64,000 nucleotides of DNA from the NCBI GenBank assembly GCA_964576525.1, contig CAZNVH010000002.1, forward strand, positions 4,121 to 68,120. The letters are read 5' to 3'. The notes under the pieces are model-generated. The model worked only from the letters and a program-made list of their open reading frames with translations. It made no database searches and was not told the DNA's origin. The stretch is from an uncultured Enterobacteriaceae bacterium. GTDB taxonomy: Bacteria; Pseudomonadota; Gammaproteobacteria; Burkholderiales; SG8-39. Every line of letters starts with the position of its first letter. Position 1 is the first letter of the stretch. Of the stretch, positions 38,313 to 48,820 are shown piece after piece. The position numbers and the translations under genes are program-made.

Positions 38313-39528
38313 GCGCCTCTGTAACCGTGGTTTGTTCGCCGATTTCCAGCTTCGCTATCTGATTGCGGTGCACCTCGTCCGGGCCGTCGGCGAAGCGCAG
38401 GGTGCGCGCGTGCGCGTAGGCGTGGGCGAGGCCAAAGTCGTCCGACACGCCGCCGCCGCCGTGCACCTGCATCGCCCAGTCGATCACCTGGCAGGCCATG
38501 GTCGGCGCGAGCACCTTGATCATGGCGATCTCCTTCTTCGCCATCTTGTTGCCGACGCTGTCCATCTTCCACGCCGCGTTGAGCACCATGAAGCGCGCGC
38601 TGTCGATCATGATGCGCGCCTCGGCGATGCGCTCGCGCGTCACGCCCTGCTCCGACACCGCGCGGCCGAAGGCGATGCGCTCGGTGGCGCGCTTGCACAT
38701 CTTCTCCAGCGCGCGCTCGGCCTGGCCGATGAGGCGCATGCAATGGTGGATGCGCCCCGGCCCGAGGCGGCCCTGCGCGATCTCGAAGCCGCGTCCTTCG
38801 CCGAGCAGCACGTTGGACGCCGGCACGCGCGCATCCTTCAGCTCGATCTCCATGTGGCCGTGCGGCGCGTCGTCGTAGCCGAACACCGGCAAATGGCGCA
38901 GCACTTTAATTCCTTTTGTATTTGAAGGAACCAAAACCATGGATTGCTGGCTGTGCCTGGACGTGTTGTCCGGGTCGGTCTTGCCCATGACGATGTAGAT
39001 CTTGCAGCGCGGGTCGCCGGCGCCGCTCGCCCACCACTTGGTGCCGTTGATCACATACTCATTTTTTTCAAGAAGAATCCTTGTTTGGATGTTGGTTGCA
39101 TCCGAGGAGGCGACGTTCGGCTCGGTCATGAGGAACGCCGAGCGGATTTTCCCCTCGAGAAGCGGCTCGCACCATTGCTTCACCTGCTCGGGCGTGCCGT
39201 ACTTGAGTAGCGTCTCCATGTTGCCGGTGTCCGGCGCCGAGCAGTTGAACGCCTCGGGCGCCCAGGTGACGCGGCCCATGATCTCGCACAGCGGCGCGTA
39301 CTCGAGGTTGGTGAGCGTGCCGCCGTGCGACTTCGGCCGCCACAGGTTCCACAGGCCGGCGGCGCGGGCCTTTACCTTCAGCTCCTCGATGACCGGCACC
39401 GGCTCCCAGCGGCGCTCGCTTTTCACGTGCTCGTGCCATTTGTGCTCGTTGGGGTAGACGTGCTCGTCCATGAAGGCGATGACCTGCTTGCGCAGGTCCT
39501 GCACCTTCGGCGTGTAGTCGAAGTTCAC
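38293..39528 (-). CDS. acyl-CoA dehydrogenase, ACAD10/ACAD11 (FadE2-like) subfamily
   Basis: 411 aa. [28 protein letters not shown] and [10 protein letters not shown] are typical of this subfamily. Confidence 0.9.
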   Translation of the reverse strand: MNFDYTPKVQDLRKQVIAFMDEHVYPNEHKWHEHVKSERRWEPVPVIEELKVKARAAGLWNLWRPKSHGGTLTNLEYAPLCEIMGRVTWAPEAFNCSAPDTGNMETLLKYGTPEQVKQWCEPLLEGKIRSAFLMTEPNVASSDATNIQTRILLEKNEYVINGTKWWASGAGDPRCKIYIVMGKTDPDNTSRHSQQSMVLVPSNTKGIKVLRHLPVFGYDDAPHGHMEIELKDARVPASNVLLGEGRGFEIAQGRLGPGRIHHCMRLIGQAERALEKMCKRATERIAFGRAVSEQGVTRERIAEARIMIDSARFMVLNAAWKMDSVGNKMAKKEIAMIKVLAPTMACQVIDWAMQVHGGGGVSDDFGLAHAYAHARTLRFADGPDEVHRNQIAKLEIGEQTTVTEALAKRHR

Positions 39529-40580
39529 GCTGCTCTCCTAAGGATCTTCTCAGCTTGCTGCCAGCCGAGCTCGGCCAGCGGCACCGTCTTGGTGGCCGCT
39601 TCGGCGGCGAACGGGCTCGCGGCCGTGCCTTCGAGCACGCGCTTGGCGATGCCCTGGCAGATCGCGGCGATGCGGAACAGGTTATACGCGAGATAGAACT
39701 CCCAAACCTTCGCGTCTACTCCTGCCCTGCGGGTTCTTCGACAGTAGCTTTTCACGTATTCCGATTCCGAGGGAATGCCGAGCTCATCGATCGGCAAACC
39801 CGCGACGCCGCGGAACTTGTCGGGCGGGATGTGGAAGCCCATGCAGTGGTAGGCGAAGTCGGCGAGCGGATCGCCGAGCGTCGACAGCTCCCAGTCGAGC
39901 ACCGCCAGGATGCGCGCCTCGGTCGGGTGGAAGATGGTGTTGTCGAGGCGGAAGTCGCCGTGCACCACCGTGGTTCCGCCTTCCGGCGGGATGTTCTTCG
40001 GCAGCCAGGCGATCAGGCTGTCCATCGCCTCGATCTTCTGCGTCTCGGAGGCGCGGTACTGCTTGCTCCAGCGCTCGACCTGCCGCCCGATGTAGTTGCC
40101 CGGCTTGCCGAAATCTTGAAGTTGCAGTTTGAGGAAATCAAGGGTGTGCAACAGCGAAATGACGCGGTTCTGCTCGTCCCAGATCGCGGCGCGCTCGGCC
40201 TTGGTCATTCCCGGCAGCGCCGGGTCCCACAGCACGCGGCCCTCGACGCAATCCATGACGTAGAACACGGTGCCGATCACCGACTCGTCCTCGCACAGCG
40301 CCAGCGGCTGCGCCACGGGAAAGCCGGTCGGATGCAGCGCCTTGATCACGCGGTATTCCCGGTCCACCGCATGCGCCGAGGGCAGCAGCTTTCCCGGCGG
40401 CTTTCTCCGCAGAACGTATTTTTTTCCGTCCGTGGCGTTGAGCCGGTACGTCGGGTTGGACTGGCCGCCCTTGAATTGTTCAATGGTGGAAATGCGCAAG
40501 CCGAGAAACCTCTCCAAAGCCGCGGCATCGATCCGGTGGCGCTCCTCGACGGGCTTGGTGCCGATGAACTGCTCGAACAT
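39525..40580 (-). CDS. phosphotransferase-family (APH-like) kinase, ACAD10/11 N-terminal-domain-like
   Basis: 351 aa. HGDFRLDN catalytic loop and DWELS. 4-nt overlap with the downstream ACAD. Confidence 0.9.
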   Translation of the reverse strand: MFEQFIGTKPVEERHRIDAAALERFLGLRISTIEQFKGGQSNPTYRLNATDGKKYVLRRKPPGKLLPSAHAVDREYRVIKALHPTGFPVAQPLALCEDESVIGTVFYVMDCVEGRVLWDPALPGMTKAERAAIWDEQNRVISLLHTLDFLKLQLQDFGKPGNYIGRQVERWSKQYRASETQKIEAMDSLIAWLPKNIPPEGGTTVVHGDFRLDNTIFHPTEARILAVLDWELSTLGDPLADFAYHCMGFHIPPDKFRGVAGLPIDELGIPSESEYVKSYCRRTRRAGVDAKVWEFYLAYNLFRIAAICQGIAKRVLEGTAASPFAAEAATKTVPLAELGWQQAEKILRRAA

Positions 40581-40611
40581 GCCCGGGAAAGCTTACCTTA
40601 GAATCGGCGTG

Positions 40612-41025
40612 ATGCGCTTCAGCGTCCGCCATCTCAAGGGAGCGAAGTTCGCGCGCCGCGGGCTGCGCAGCTACTTCGAGTATCGCGACCTCGGCATCCG
40701 CCGCGCGACGCGCGGCAGCGTGCTGGCGCACGTGATCCGCGCGCGCGCCGGAAGCGCGCCGCACGGCGAGTGGCACGCGCACGACTGCAAGCTGCAGTTC
40801 GTCTACGTGCTGAAAGGCTGGGTGCTGTTCGAGTACGAGGGCGTCGGCCGGGTGAAGATGAAGGCCGGCAGCTGCTTCTACCAGCCGCCGCGCATCCGCC
40901 ACCGGGAACTCGGCCACTCGCGCGACCTCGAGCTGATCGAGATCGTCGCGCCGGCGCGCTTCAGGACTTATTCTTCGGCGAAACCTGCAGCCAGAAAGTC
41001 ACCGGCCCGTCGTTCACCAGGCTGA
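40612..41025 (+). CDS. cupin-domain protein
   Basis: HAHDCKLQFVYVLKGWVLFEYEG...CFYQPPRIRHRE is cupin-like. The low-complexity tail overlaps the dtd 3' end by 65 nt, so the true C-terminus is uncertain. Confidence 0.7.
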   Translation: MRFSVRHLKGAKFARRGLRSYFEYRDLGIRRATRGSVLAHVIRARAGSAPHGEWHAHDCKLQFVYVLKGWVLFEYEGVGRVKMKAGSCFYQPPRIRHRELGHSRDLELIEIVAPARFRTYSSAKPAARKSPARRSPG

Positions 41026-41416
41026 GCTGCATGTCCGCGCCGAAGCGCCCGGTGGCGACGCGCGGCACCCATTCCTCCACCTTCTCGATGAACTTCTTGA
41101 ACAGCCGCTCGGCCGTCTCGGGCGAGGCGGCGGTGGAGAAGCTCGGGCGCGCGCCGCTGTTGGTGTCGGCGGCGAGCGTGAACTGCGGCACCGCGAGCAG
41201 CTGGCCGTTCACTTCCTTGAGCGAGCGGTTCATCTTGCCCTTGTCGTCGGGGAAGATGCGGTAGCCGACCACGCGCTCGGCCAGCAGCAGGGCTTCGACC
41301 TCGGTGTCGTAGCGCTCGACGCCGATCAGCGCGACGATGCCCGCGCCGATGACGCCGACCGGGGCGGCGCCGACCTTGACGTTGGCGCCCGTGACGCGCT
41401 GCACAAGCGCGATCAC
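40961..41416 (-). CDS. dtd: D-aminoacyl-tRNA deacylase
   Basis: (V/M)IALVQRVTGANV...QFTL...GRFGADMQLSLVNDGPVTFWL matches Dtd end to end. GTG start, GTGA overlap with the upstream gene. Confidence 0.88.
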   Translation of the reverse strand: MIALVQRVTGANVKVGAAPVGVIGAGIVALIGVERYDTEVEALLLAERVVGYRIFPDDKGKMNRSLKEVNGQLLAVPQFTLAADTNSGARPSFSTAASPETAERLFKKFIEKVEEWVPRVATGRFGADMQLSLVNDGPVTFWLQVSPKNKS

Positions 41417-41634
41417 GCGATGATGTCCGGGATGAGGCGCGTGCGCAGGCGCTGGATCTGGTCCTTGAGGACGAGCTTGCGCTTCTTCAGGCGCTGCAGC
41501 TGAAGCCGGTCCTGGCCGGGGTCGCCGGCGAGCTTGTCGATGACATAGTCCAAGTCGTGGTGCTCGACTTCGAGCGCGTGAAGGCGCTGACGAATCTGGG
41601 CTTTTTCCTCTTCGGACGGCGAATGATCGCTCAT
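41413..41634 (-). CDS. DUF465 (YdcH-like) small protein
   Basis: 73 aa. HHDLDYVIDKL...LQLQRLKKRKLVLKDQI is typical of DUF465. Confidence 0.8.
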   Translation of the reverse strand: MSDHSPSEEEKAQIRQRLHALEVEHHDLDYVIDKLAGDPGQDRLQLQRLKKRKLVLKDQIQRLRTRLIPDIIA

Positions 41635-41695
41635 GTGACAAACATCATGCCGTTGCGCCGATCCTATCCCTATACTTGGCGACGCGAAAGCCCCA

Positions 41696-42640
41696 ATGCG
41701 CCGCAGTGATTACGACGTAGCCGACAGCATCCGGACCACCGACCCGACGGCGGTGTCGAGCGAGGTGATCCGGGTCGGCAGGAAGCTGTTCCCGAACGCG
41801 CCCGCGCCCGCCCTGGAGCGCGCCTTCGCCGACGCCGCCCGCATGTACCGCGGCGAGCATCCCGACTACCTGCCCTGCGACACCGAGTACCACGACATCC
41901 AGCACGTGCTCGACGTCACGCTCACCATGGCGCGGCTGATGGACGGCTACCAGCGCGGCGGGCGCAACGGCTATCCCGCGCTCAACAAGGAGCTGTACCT
42001 GGTCGGCGTGCTGGCGGCGCTGTTCCACGACTTCGGCTACCTGCGCCGGCGCAACGACCACAAGCACCGCTACGGCGCCGAGTACACGCTCATCCACGTG
42101 TCGCGCGGCGCGACGTTCCTGCGCGGCTACGCGCGCGAGCTCGGGGTCGACGAGAGCCTGGCGTCGGCGGCCGCGACGCTGGTGCATTTCACCGGCTACG
42201 AGCGCGCGGCGGAGAGCATCCGCGTGTCCGACGACACGCGCCGCGTCGGGCAGATGCTCGGCACCGCGGACATCATCGCGCAGATGGCCGACCGCTGCTA
42301 CCTGGAGAAATGCCGCGATCGGCTCTATCCGGAATTCGTGCTCGGCGGGCTCGCCCAGGGCGGCCTCGCCGGCGGCCGCAGGCTGCCGCTGTTCAGCTCG
42401 GGCGACGACCTGGTGAGCAGGACGCCGGACTTCTACCAGGGCGCGTGCAAGCGCCTCGACGGGCAGCTCGCGCGCAGCTACGAGTACGCCGCCTGGCATT
42501 TCGGCGGCGCCAACCTCTATCTCGACGAGATTCGCAAGAACATCGACTATGCCCGCACGGGCGAGCGGCTCCGGCGGCACCCGCCGAAGACTCTGGCGCC
42601 GGACGTCGAGCCTTACCCGAAAGACCTAGTAGGTTTTTGA
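41696..42640 (+). CDS. hypothetical protein with HD-domain-like metal-binding signature
   Basis: 314 aa. YHDIQHVLDV ... AALFHDFGY resembles H...HD phosphohydrolase motifs. Confidence 0.6.
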   Translation: MRRSDYDVADSIRTTDPTAVSSEVIRVGRKLFPNAPAPALERAFADAARMYRGEHPDYLPCDTEYHDIQHVLDVTLTMARLMDGYQRGGRNGYPALNKELYLVGVLAALFHDFGYLRRRNDHKHRYGAEYTLIHVSRGATFLRGYARELGVDESLASAAATLVHFTGYERAAESIRVSDDTRRVGQMLGTADIIAQMADRCYLEKCRDRLYPEFVLGGLAQGGLAGGRRLPLFSSGDDLVSRTPDFYQGACKRLDGQLARSYEYAAWHFGGANLYLDEIRKNIDYARTGERLRRHPPKTLAPDVEPYPKDLVGF

Positions 42641-43591
42641 GGGCCTGAAGTACTCGATGCGGTCGATCGAGCGCACCGTGATGTCCCGCAGCCGCGCGCC
42701 CTGCAGCACTTTCAACGGCACCTCGGCGCCCGCCGCGCCGCGCGCCCACACCTTGCGGTAGAAGTCCGAGAGCGAGCTGACTTCGTCGTCGCCCACCGCC
42801 AGCACGATGTCGCCGCTCTTCAGGCCGGCGCGCTCCGCCGGCCCGCCGGGCGACACGCGCCCGACGAACAGGCGCCCGCGCAGCTCGTCGGCGTTGACGC
42901 CGAGCCAGGGCCGCGCCGGGGCATTGCGCCGCCCCTTGGCGATCAGGTCATCGAGGATCGGCTTGAGCAGATCGATCGGCACGAACATGTTGCCGGGCGA
43001 CTGCGTGCCGGGGCTGCCGGCGTCCGGGACGATCAGCGAGCCGACGCCGAGCAGCTCGCCCTTCGCGCCGATCAGCGGCGCGCCGGACCAGTCCATCACC
43101 GGCGGGTAGGTGTAGATCGCCGAGTCGAGCAGGTATTCCCAGTTGCCCGAGAACGGCCGGCGCGACACCACGTAGACCAGGCTCGGGGATTCGCGCGCCG
43201 AGGCGCTGACCACCATCGCCGGCTCGCGCTCGGCGAGTCCCGCCGAATCGCCGAGCGGCAGCGGCTTGCCGCCGGCGCCGCCGACCAGCTTGAGCAGCGC
43301 GAACCCCGAGGCGTGGTCGTAGCCGGCGAGGGTCGCCGGCAGCGTGCGGCCGTCGCCGCCGACCACCTGGATGGACTCGGCCTCGATCACCAGGTAGCCG
43401 ATCGTCAGCACGTAGCCTTCGCGCACCAGTGTCCCGGTGCCGCGGCGCTGCGTGCCGAGCGTCTCGGCGCTGCGCGCATTCGCCTGGATCTTCGCCTGCA
43501 CCGCCACCACGGCGTTCAGGGTCTCGTCCGACCGGTCCTGGGCGAGCACCGGCGCGGCAGTCAATGCGAGAATGGCGGCGAGTGTACGCAT
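42626..43591 (-). CDS. secreted trypsin-fold (S1C-like) + PDZ protein
   Basis: Start MRTLAAILALTAAPVLAQ (signal peptide). Paralog of 2244-3218. The longer track ORF reaching 44395 is GC-driven read-through. Confidence 0.82.
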   Translation of the reverse strand: MRTLAAILALTAAPVLAQDRSDETLNAVVAVQAKIQANARSAETLGTQRRGTGTLVREGYVLTIGYLVIEAESIQVVGGDGRTLPATLAGYDHASGFALLKLVGGAGGKPLPLGDSAGLAEREPAMVVSASARESPSLVYVVSRRPFSGNWEYLLDSAIYTYPPVMDWSGAPLIGAKGELLGVGSLIVPDAGSPGTQSPGNMFVPIDLLKPILDDLIAKGRRNAPARPWLGVNADELRGRLFVGRVSPGGPAERAGLKSGDIVLAVGDDEVSSLSDFYRKVWARGAAGAEVPLKVLQGARLRDITVRSIDRIEYFRPSKTY

Positions 43592-43612
43592 AGGTCCCTC
43601 CCTCCCCCGAAT

Positions 43613-44422
43613 ATGCGCCTGCTGAGCTGGAACGTGCAATGGTGCCGTGGCATCGACGGCCGGGTCGATGTGAAACGCATCGCCGCCGAGGCGAAGCACC
43701 TGGCCGACCCGGACGTGTTCTGCCTGCAGGAAATCGCGGTCAATTTCCGCGAGCTGCCGGGCGGCTCGAGCGAGGACCAGGTCGAGGCGCTCGCGCGCGA
43801 GTTCCCCGGCTACGCGGCGTTCTTCGCGGTTGGCGTCGACTTCCCCGCGAGCGGCGGCCGGCGCCGGCAGTTCGGCAACCTGATCCTGTCGCGCCTGCCG
43901 GTGGGACGGGTCCGCCGCCACGCCCTGCCCTGGCCGCCGTCGCCGGAGGCCTACAGCATGCCGCGCGTCGCGGTCGAGGCGGTCGTCGAAGCGCCGTTCG
44001 GGCCGCTGCGCGTGACCACGACGCACCTCGAGTACCACTCGCTCGAGCATCGCGCGGCGCAGATCGGCCGGCTGCGCACGCTGCATGCCGAGGCCTGCGC
44101 CGAGCGGCTGCCGGTGGACGAGCCGGGAACCTACGAGACCGGGAAGCCGGTGGCGAGCGCGGTGGTGTGCGGCGATTTCAACCTCAAGCCCGAGGATCCG
44201 ATGCACGCCCGGATGTGCGACGGCGGATTCGCCGACGCCTGGCAGGCGCTCAACCCCGGCAAAGCGCGCCAGCCGACCTTCCACCTGCACGACGGCGAGA
44301 CGCCGTATTGCTGCGACTACGTGTTCGTCACGCCCGACCTGCTGCCGCGGCTGAAGGCGCTGCGCATCGACACCGCGACGCAGGCCTCCGACCACCAGCC
44401 GCTCATCATCGAGCTTGGATAA
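43613..44422 (+). CDS. endonuclease/exonuclease/phosphatase (EEP) family protein
   Basis: MRLLSWNVQW..., FCLQE, GDFN and SDHQPL motifs. Confidence 0.85.
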   Translation: MRLLSWNVQWCRGIDGRVDVKRIAAEAKHLADPDVFCLQEIAVNFRELPGGSSEDQVEALAREFPGYAAFFAVGVDFPASGGRRRQFGNLILSRLPVGRVRRHALPWPPSPEAYSMPRVAVEAVVEAPFGPLRVTTTHLEYHSLEHRAAQIGRLRTLHAEACAERLPVDEPGTYETGKPVASAVVCGDFNLKPEDPMHARMCDGGFADAWQALNPGKARQPTFHLHDGETPYCCDYVFVTPDLLPRLKALRIDTATQASDHQPLIIELG

Positions 44423-44780
44423 GCGCCCTTAGCTGCTCGACGCGCTTGCGGTTGACGCCGAAATCCCGCCGGCCGAGCCGCGACGCCGAACGCACGTGGA
44501 TGACGTCGTCTCCCTGCAGGAATTCGACGTCGTCGACGAAGCGCAGGACCGGCGTGCGGAACTCGGCATACAGGTAGTTGCCCTTTTCCTCGATAACCGT
44601 GGCCCCCGGCATCGATTCAACTGCTTTCCTCACCTCGGAAAACTTTCCCTTGATCGGCAGGATGTAATGTTCCCGGTCTGCCGGATCGGCTTGCGAGGAC
44701 ACGCAATTGGGCGTGCTTTTCGGGCGCGCGAGGCGCCCGTCTTTCACGCCGAGGTACTGCGGACGCTTCCAGGAAAACAT
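44406..44780 (-). CDS. DUF1499-domain protein
   Basis: 124 aa. PNCVSS...YAEFRTPVLRFVDDVEF...RSASRLGRRDFGVNRKR is typical of DUF1499. Confidence 0.8.
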   Translation of the reverse strand: MFSWKRPQYLGVKDGRLARPKSTPNCVSSQADPADREHYILPIKGKFSEVRKAVESMPGATVIEEKGNYLYAEFRTPVLRFVDDVEFLQGDDVIHVRSASRLGRRDFGVNRKRVEQLRALIQAR

Positions 44781-44824
44781 CGCGAGGATGCTACCATCGC
44801 CGCACTACCGTACGGGGGGATGCG

Positions 44825-45097
44825 ATGGAGATCTCGGCACAACAACTCGCTGAATTGCTGCTCGGCATCGCTCGCGCGCAAGCCGCGATCATCCAGGGGC
44901 TGGAGAACGAGATGCCCGGGGTGCGCAGCGGCCGCGTCATCCCGGCGCTGCATAACGTCGCGCACCTGCGCGACCATCCGAACCCGACCCTCACCGACCT
45001 GCCGGCGCGCGTGCTGCTCGGCACACTCGGACGGGCAGTTCCCGACACGGCCGGAATCGTGCGTGACCTCGAAAGGCTGTTCGGCAAGCCCGCCTAG
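44825..45097 (+). CDS. hypothetical protein
   Basis: 90-aa ORF that fills an otherwise empty interval. No motif recognised. Confidence 0.4.
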   Translation: MEISAQQLAELLLGIARAQAAIIQGLENEMPGVRSGRVIPALHNVAHLRDHPNPTLTDLPARVLLGTLGRAVPDTAGIVRDLERLFGKPA

Positions 45098-45909
45098 AAG
45101 TCTTTCGGTTCCGGCGGAAACGAGGGATCCCGCTTCCCCCGCAGCGACGCGAGACCTTCCTTCACTTCGGGGCCGGTAAAGCCCAGCACTTCCAGCGCGA
45201 GCGAGGCGTCGAACGCCGGCCCCGCCATGCGCAGCCAGTTGTTGAGCGAGTACTTGGTCCAGCGCAGCGCGGTCTGCGGGCCGGCCGCGAGCTTGCGTGC
45301 GACTTCGAGCGCTTTCGCCTGCAGCTCGGATTCCTCGCAGGCGAGCGACACCAGCCCGAGGCGCTCGGCTTCCTCCCCGCTGATCGTCTCGCCGGTCAGC
45401 AGGTAGTACTTGGCTTTCGCCATGCCGCACAGCAGCGGCCAGACGATGGCCGCATGGTCGCCCGCAGCGACGCCCAGGCGGGTATGGCCATCAATGAGTT
45501 TTGCATTCTTGCTTGCAATGGATATATCGGCCATCAGCCCGGCCGCCAGGCCCGCGCCCACCGCGGGCCCGTGCATCGCCGAGACGATGATCTTCGAGCA
45601 GTTGAGCATGTTGTAGACCAGGTCGCGCGCCTCGCGCCACACGCGGGCGCGCGCGGCGAAATCGCGCGTCATCTCCTCCACCATCGCCAGGTCGCCGCCG
45701 GCCGAGAAGCCCTTGCCGGCGCCGCGCAGGATCGCAACGCGCGTCTCCGGGTCGCGGTCGACGTCGAGCCAGACGCGCGCCATCTCGGCATGCGCGCGCG
45801 CCGTGGCCACCGCCAGCCTGCCCTCCTCGCCCATCACGATCTCGAGGATGCCGGGCTCGAGCGTGCGAATTTTTAGGTCCTGGTACGCCGAATAGTCCAT
45901 GACTTTCAT
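45094..45909 (-). CDS. enoyl-CoA hydratase/isomerase (crotonase) family protein
   Basis: Start [11 protein letters not shown]. Has [10 protein letters not shown] and [10 protein letters not shown] crotonase blocks. The longer track ORF is read-through. Confidence 0.88.
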   Translation of the reverse strand: MKVMDYSAYQDLKIRTLEPGILEIVMGEEGRLAVATARAHAEMARVWLDVDRDPETRVAILRGAGKGFSAGGDLAMVEEMTRDFAARARVWREARDLVYNMLNCSKIIVSAMHGPAVGAGLAAGLMADISIASKNAKLIDGHTRLGVAAGDHAAIVWPLLCGMAKAKYYLLTGETISGEEAERLGLVSLACEESELQAKALEVARKLAAGPQTALRWTKYSLNNWLRMAGPAFDASLALEVLGFTGPEVKEGLASLRGKRDPSFPPEPKDF

Positions 45910-45927
45910 TCTACAATCCGCTTCGCC

Positions 45928-46887
45928 ATGGTTACCTTCGACGACATCAGCGCCGCGCACGAGCGGATCAAGGGCCACGCGGAGCGCACGCCGGTGCTGC
46001 GCTCGACGCAGGTGGACGCCATCACCGGCGCGCAGGTGCTGTTCAAGTGCGAGAACTTCCAGCGCATGGGCGCGTTCAAGTTCCGCGGCGCCTACAACGC
46101 GCTCGCCCAGCTCAAGGACGAGGACAGGAAGCGCGGCGTGGTCGCCTTCTCCTCGGGCAACCACGCCCAGGCGGTCGCCCTCGCCGGGAAAATTCTCGGC
46201 ATCAAGGCCGTCATCGTGATGCCGCAGGACGCGCCGAAGGTCAAGCTCGACGCGACGCGCCAATACGGCGCCGAGATCGTGCAGTACGCCAAGAGCGAGG
46301 CGCGCGAGCAGCTCGCCGGCAAGCTCGCCACCGAGCGCGGGCTGACCCTGATTCCGCCGTTCGACCACGAGCATGTGATCGCCGGCCAGGGCACCGCGGC
46401 GAAGGAGCTGATCGAGGACGCCGGCGAGCTCGACCTGCTGCTGGTGCCCTGCGGCGGCGGCGGGCTGCTGTCGGGCTGCGCGATCGCCGCGAAACACCTC
46501 GCGCCCAAATGCAAGGTGATGGGCGTGGAGCCCGAGGCCGGCAACGACGCGACGCAGTCGTTCGCCAAGAAGCGCCTGATCGCGATCGCCGTGCCCGACA
46601 CCATCGCCGACGGCGCGCGCACCTCCTCGCTCGGCAAGCTCACCTTCCCGATCGTGATGCGCTACGTCGACGACATGCTGACGGTGAACGACAAGGAGCT
46701 GGCGCGCGCCATGTTCTTCCTGTGGGAGCGCATGAAAATCGTGGTCGAGCCGACCGGCTCGCTCGCCGCCTGCGCCGCGCTCGAGAAGAAGACCGACCTC
46801 AAGGGCAAGAAGGTCGGGGTGGTCCTGTCAGGCGGAAACGTCGACCTTCACTGGGCGGCCACGCAGCTGCACAAAGCCGAGCGCTAG
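45928..46887 (+). CDS. PLP-dependent threonine/serine dehydratase (serine racemase-like)
   Basis: [16 protein letters not shown] (PLP lysine), SSGNHAQA, and the GGGGL loop. Confidence 0.9.
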   Translation: MVTFDDISAAHERIKGHAERTPVLRSTQVDAITGAQVLFKCENFQRMGAFKFRGAYNALAQLKDEDRKRGVVAFSSGNHAQAVALAGKILGIKAVIVMPQDAPKVKLDATRQYGAEIVQYAKSEAREQLAGKLATERGLTLIPPFDHEHVIAGQGTAAKELIEDAGELDLLLVPCGGGGLLSGCAIAAKHLAPKCKVMGVEPEAGNDATQSFAKKRLIAIAVPDTIADGARTSSLGKLTFPIVMRYVDDMLTVNDKELARAMFFLWERMKIVVEPTGSLAACAALEKKTDLKGKKVGVVLSGGNVDLHWAATQLHKAER

Positions 46888-48819
46888 CGCGCCGAGCACG
46901 GTCGCGCCGAGTTGCACGTCCCAGCGCGGCACGATCGTCGCGATGCAGCATCCCCAGAGCAGCAACCGCAGCGGCCAGAAGATGTCTCTCAGGCCGAGCA
47001 GCCCGTGCAGCGCGAACGACGCGAACACCGTGCAGGCGGTGCCGAAGAAGCATGCGATCAGGATGTCGCCCAGGCTGCCCACCAGGGTGAGCCCCGGATT
47101 GAACAGGAAGAAGAACGGCACCACGAAGCCGCCGATGGCGAGCTTGACGGCGTAGGGCCCGAGCGACCCGGGGTTGACGCCCGCGATCGCCGCGGCGGCG
47201 AAATTCGCCACCGCCACCGGCGGCGTGATCGCCGACAGGCAGGCATAGAACAGCATGAACAAGTGAACCTGGAACTCCGGCAGGCCGAACCGCTGGCGCA
47301 AGAGCGGCGCGAGCAGCGCCGCGCCCATGATGTAGACCGCCGGCGTCGGCATGCCCATGCCGAGGATGATGAGAAACAGGCCCGAGAGCAGCAGCGCCGG
47401 CACCAGCATCCCGCCGGAGAGGAAGTTGATGACCAGCGTGAACTTGCCGGCGAGCGCGCTGATCTCGATGGCGCCGATCACCGCGCCGGCGGCCGCTACC
47501 GCGCCGATCAGCGGCACCACTTGCGTGATGGTCTCGGTGCAGCATTCGACGAAGCGCTTCGGGCCGATGGCGCTCGGGCGATGGAACCAGGAGAGCACGA
47601 TCACCGCCGCCGTGGAGCCGGCGGCGACGTACACCGGGGTGTAGCCGTCGAGCAGCAGCCACATCATGGCGCCGATCGGCAGCAGGTGGCGCCAGCCGGA
47701 GGCGAGCGCCCGGCGCAGCGGCACGATCTGGTCTTCGGGCATCGGCGGCTCGTTGTGCCGCACCGCCTCCTGGTGGACCAGGATGTAGATCGCGACGTAG
47801 TAGAGGATCGAGGGCAGCCAGGAGGCCGCCACGATGTCGGCGTAGGGAATGTTGGTGATGTCGGCCATGATGAAGGCCACCGCGCCCATCACCGGCGGCA
47901 GCATCGCGCCGCCGCTCGACGAGGTGGACTCGATCGCCGCCGCGCGCGACGGCGGCACGCCCTGCTTGATCATGATCGGAATGGTGAGCGGGCCGGTGGT
48001 GGCGACGTCCGCCGTCGGGCTGCCGGAGACCGAGCCGTACAGCCCGCTCGCGGTGACGCAGGCCTTCGCCGCACCGCCGCGCATCCTCCCTGTGACCGCG
48101 CTCGCCACGTCGAAGAACAGCTGCCCGCCGCCCGCCTTGTTGTAGAAATTGCCGAACAGCACGAACAGGAACGCATAGGTCGCCGCCACCTCGAGCGGCG
48201 CGCCGAAGATGCCGTTCTCCTGGATGGTCATCATCTCGATGAAGTAGGTGACGCTGAAGTTGTCGTGCCGCAGCGGGCCGGGCATCCATCGTCCGAGCAC
48301 GGTGAACAGCAGCAGCGCCACCAGCAGCGAGGTCAGTCCCCAGCTGGTGCTGCGCCGGCACAGCTCCACCACCAGCGCCACCAGGGCGAAGCCGGCGACG
48401 ATGTCCCAGGCCGTCGGCTGCGAGAAACCGCGGCTCCAGTTGAGGAACTTGTCGTTGAGGACGATGTAGTAGAGCGCCACCGCGAGCGACAGCGCGGCGA
48501 GCGCGACGTCGGTCCAGGCGAGGCGCTTGCGCCCGGGGCCGGCGGTGGTGGTGAGGAAGGCGATCGGGAAAGTGATCGCGATGAAGATCGAGATGTCGAG
48601 ATGGAACCGGGAGGTGAAACCACGCGCCCAGCTCGCGAACGGGATGAGGAAATCCAGGTTGAAATTCGCAGCAAGCCAAAGCAAGGCGTTGCCGGTGAGG
48701 ATGGCGAGCGCGCCGATCCACAGCACGTAGAGCGCCGCGGCGACCGACCCTGCCTGGATCAGCAGGTTCCAGCCGCCGCCGGGACGATGCCGGCTCCCCT
48801 CCCTTAGGAAGCCCAGCAA
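46828..48819 (-). CDS. TRAP transporter fused permease (TAXI-associated type)
   Basis: 663-aa polytopic ORF (TTG start) immediately downstream of a TAXI solute receptor. Confidence 0.88.
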   Translation of the reverse strand: MLGFLREGSRHRPGGGWNLLIQAGSVAAALYVLWIGALAILTGNALLWLAANFNLDFLIPFASWARGFTSRFHLDISIFIAITFPIAFLTTTAGPGRKRLAWTDVALAALSLAVALYYIVLNDKFLNWSRGFSQPTAWDIVAGFALVALVVELCRRSTSWGLTSLLVALLLFTVLGRWMPGPLRHDNFSVTYFIEMMTIQENGIFGAPLEVAATYAFLFVLFGNFYNKAGGGQLFFDVASAVTGRMRGGAAKACVTASGLYGSVSGSPTADVATTGPLTIPIMIKQGVPPSRAAAIESTSSSGGAMLPPVMGAVAFIMADITNIPYADIVAASWLPSILYYVAIYILVHQEAVRHNEPPMPEDQIVPLRRALASGWRHLLPIGAMMWLLLDGYTPVYVAAGSTAAVIVLSWFHRPSAIGPKRFVECCTETITQVVPLIGAVAAAGAVIGAIEISALAGKFTLVINFLSGGMLVPALLLSGLFLIILGMGMPTPAVYIMGAALLAPLLRQRFGLPEFQVHLFMLFYACLSAITPPVAVANFAAAAIAGVNPGSLGPYAVKLAIGGFVVPFFFLFNPGLTLVGSLGDILIACFFGTACTVFASFALHGLLGLRDIFWPLRLLLWGCCIATIVPRWDVQLGATVLGALALGFVQLRGRPVKVDVSA

Positions 48820-48820
48820 G

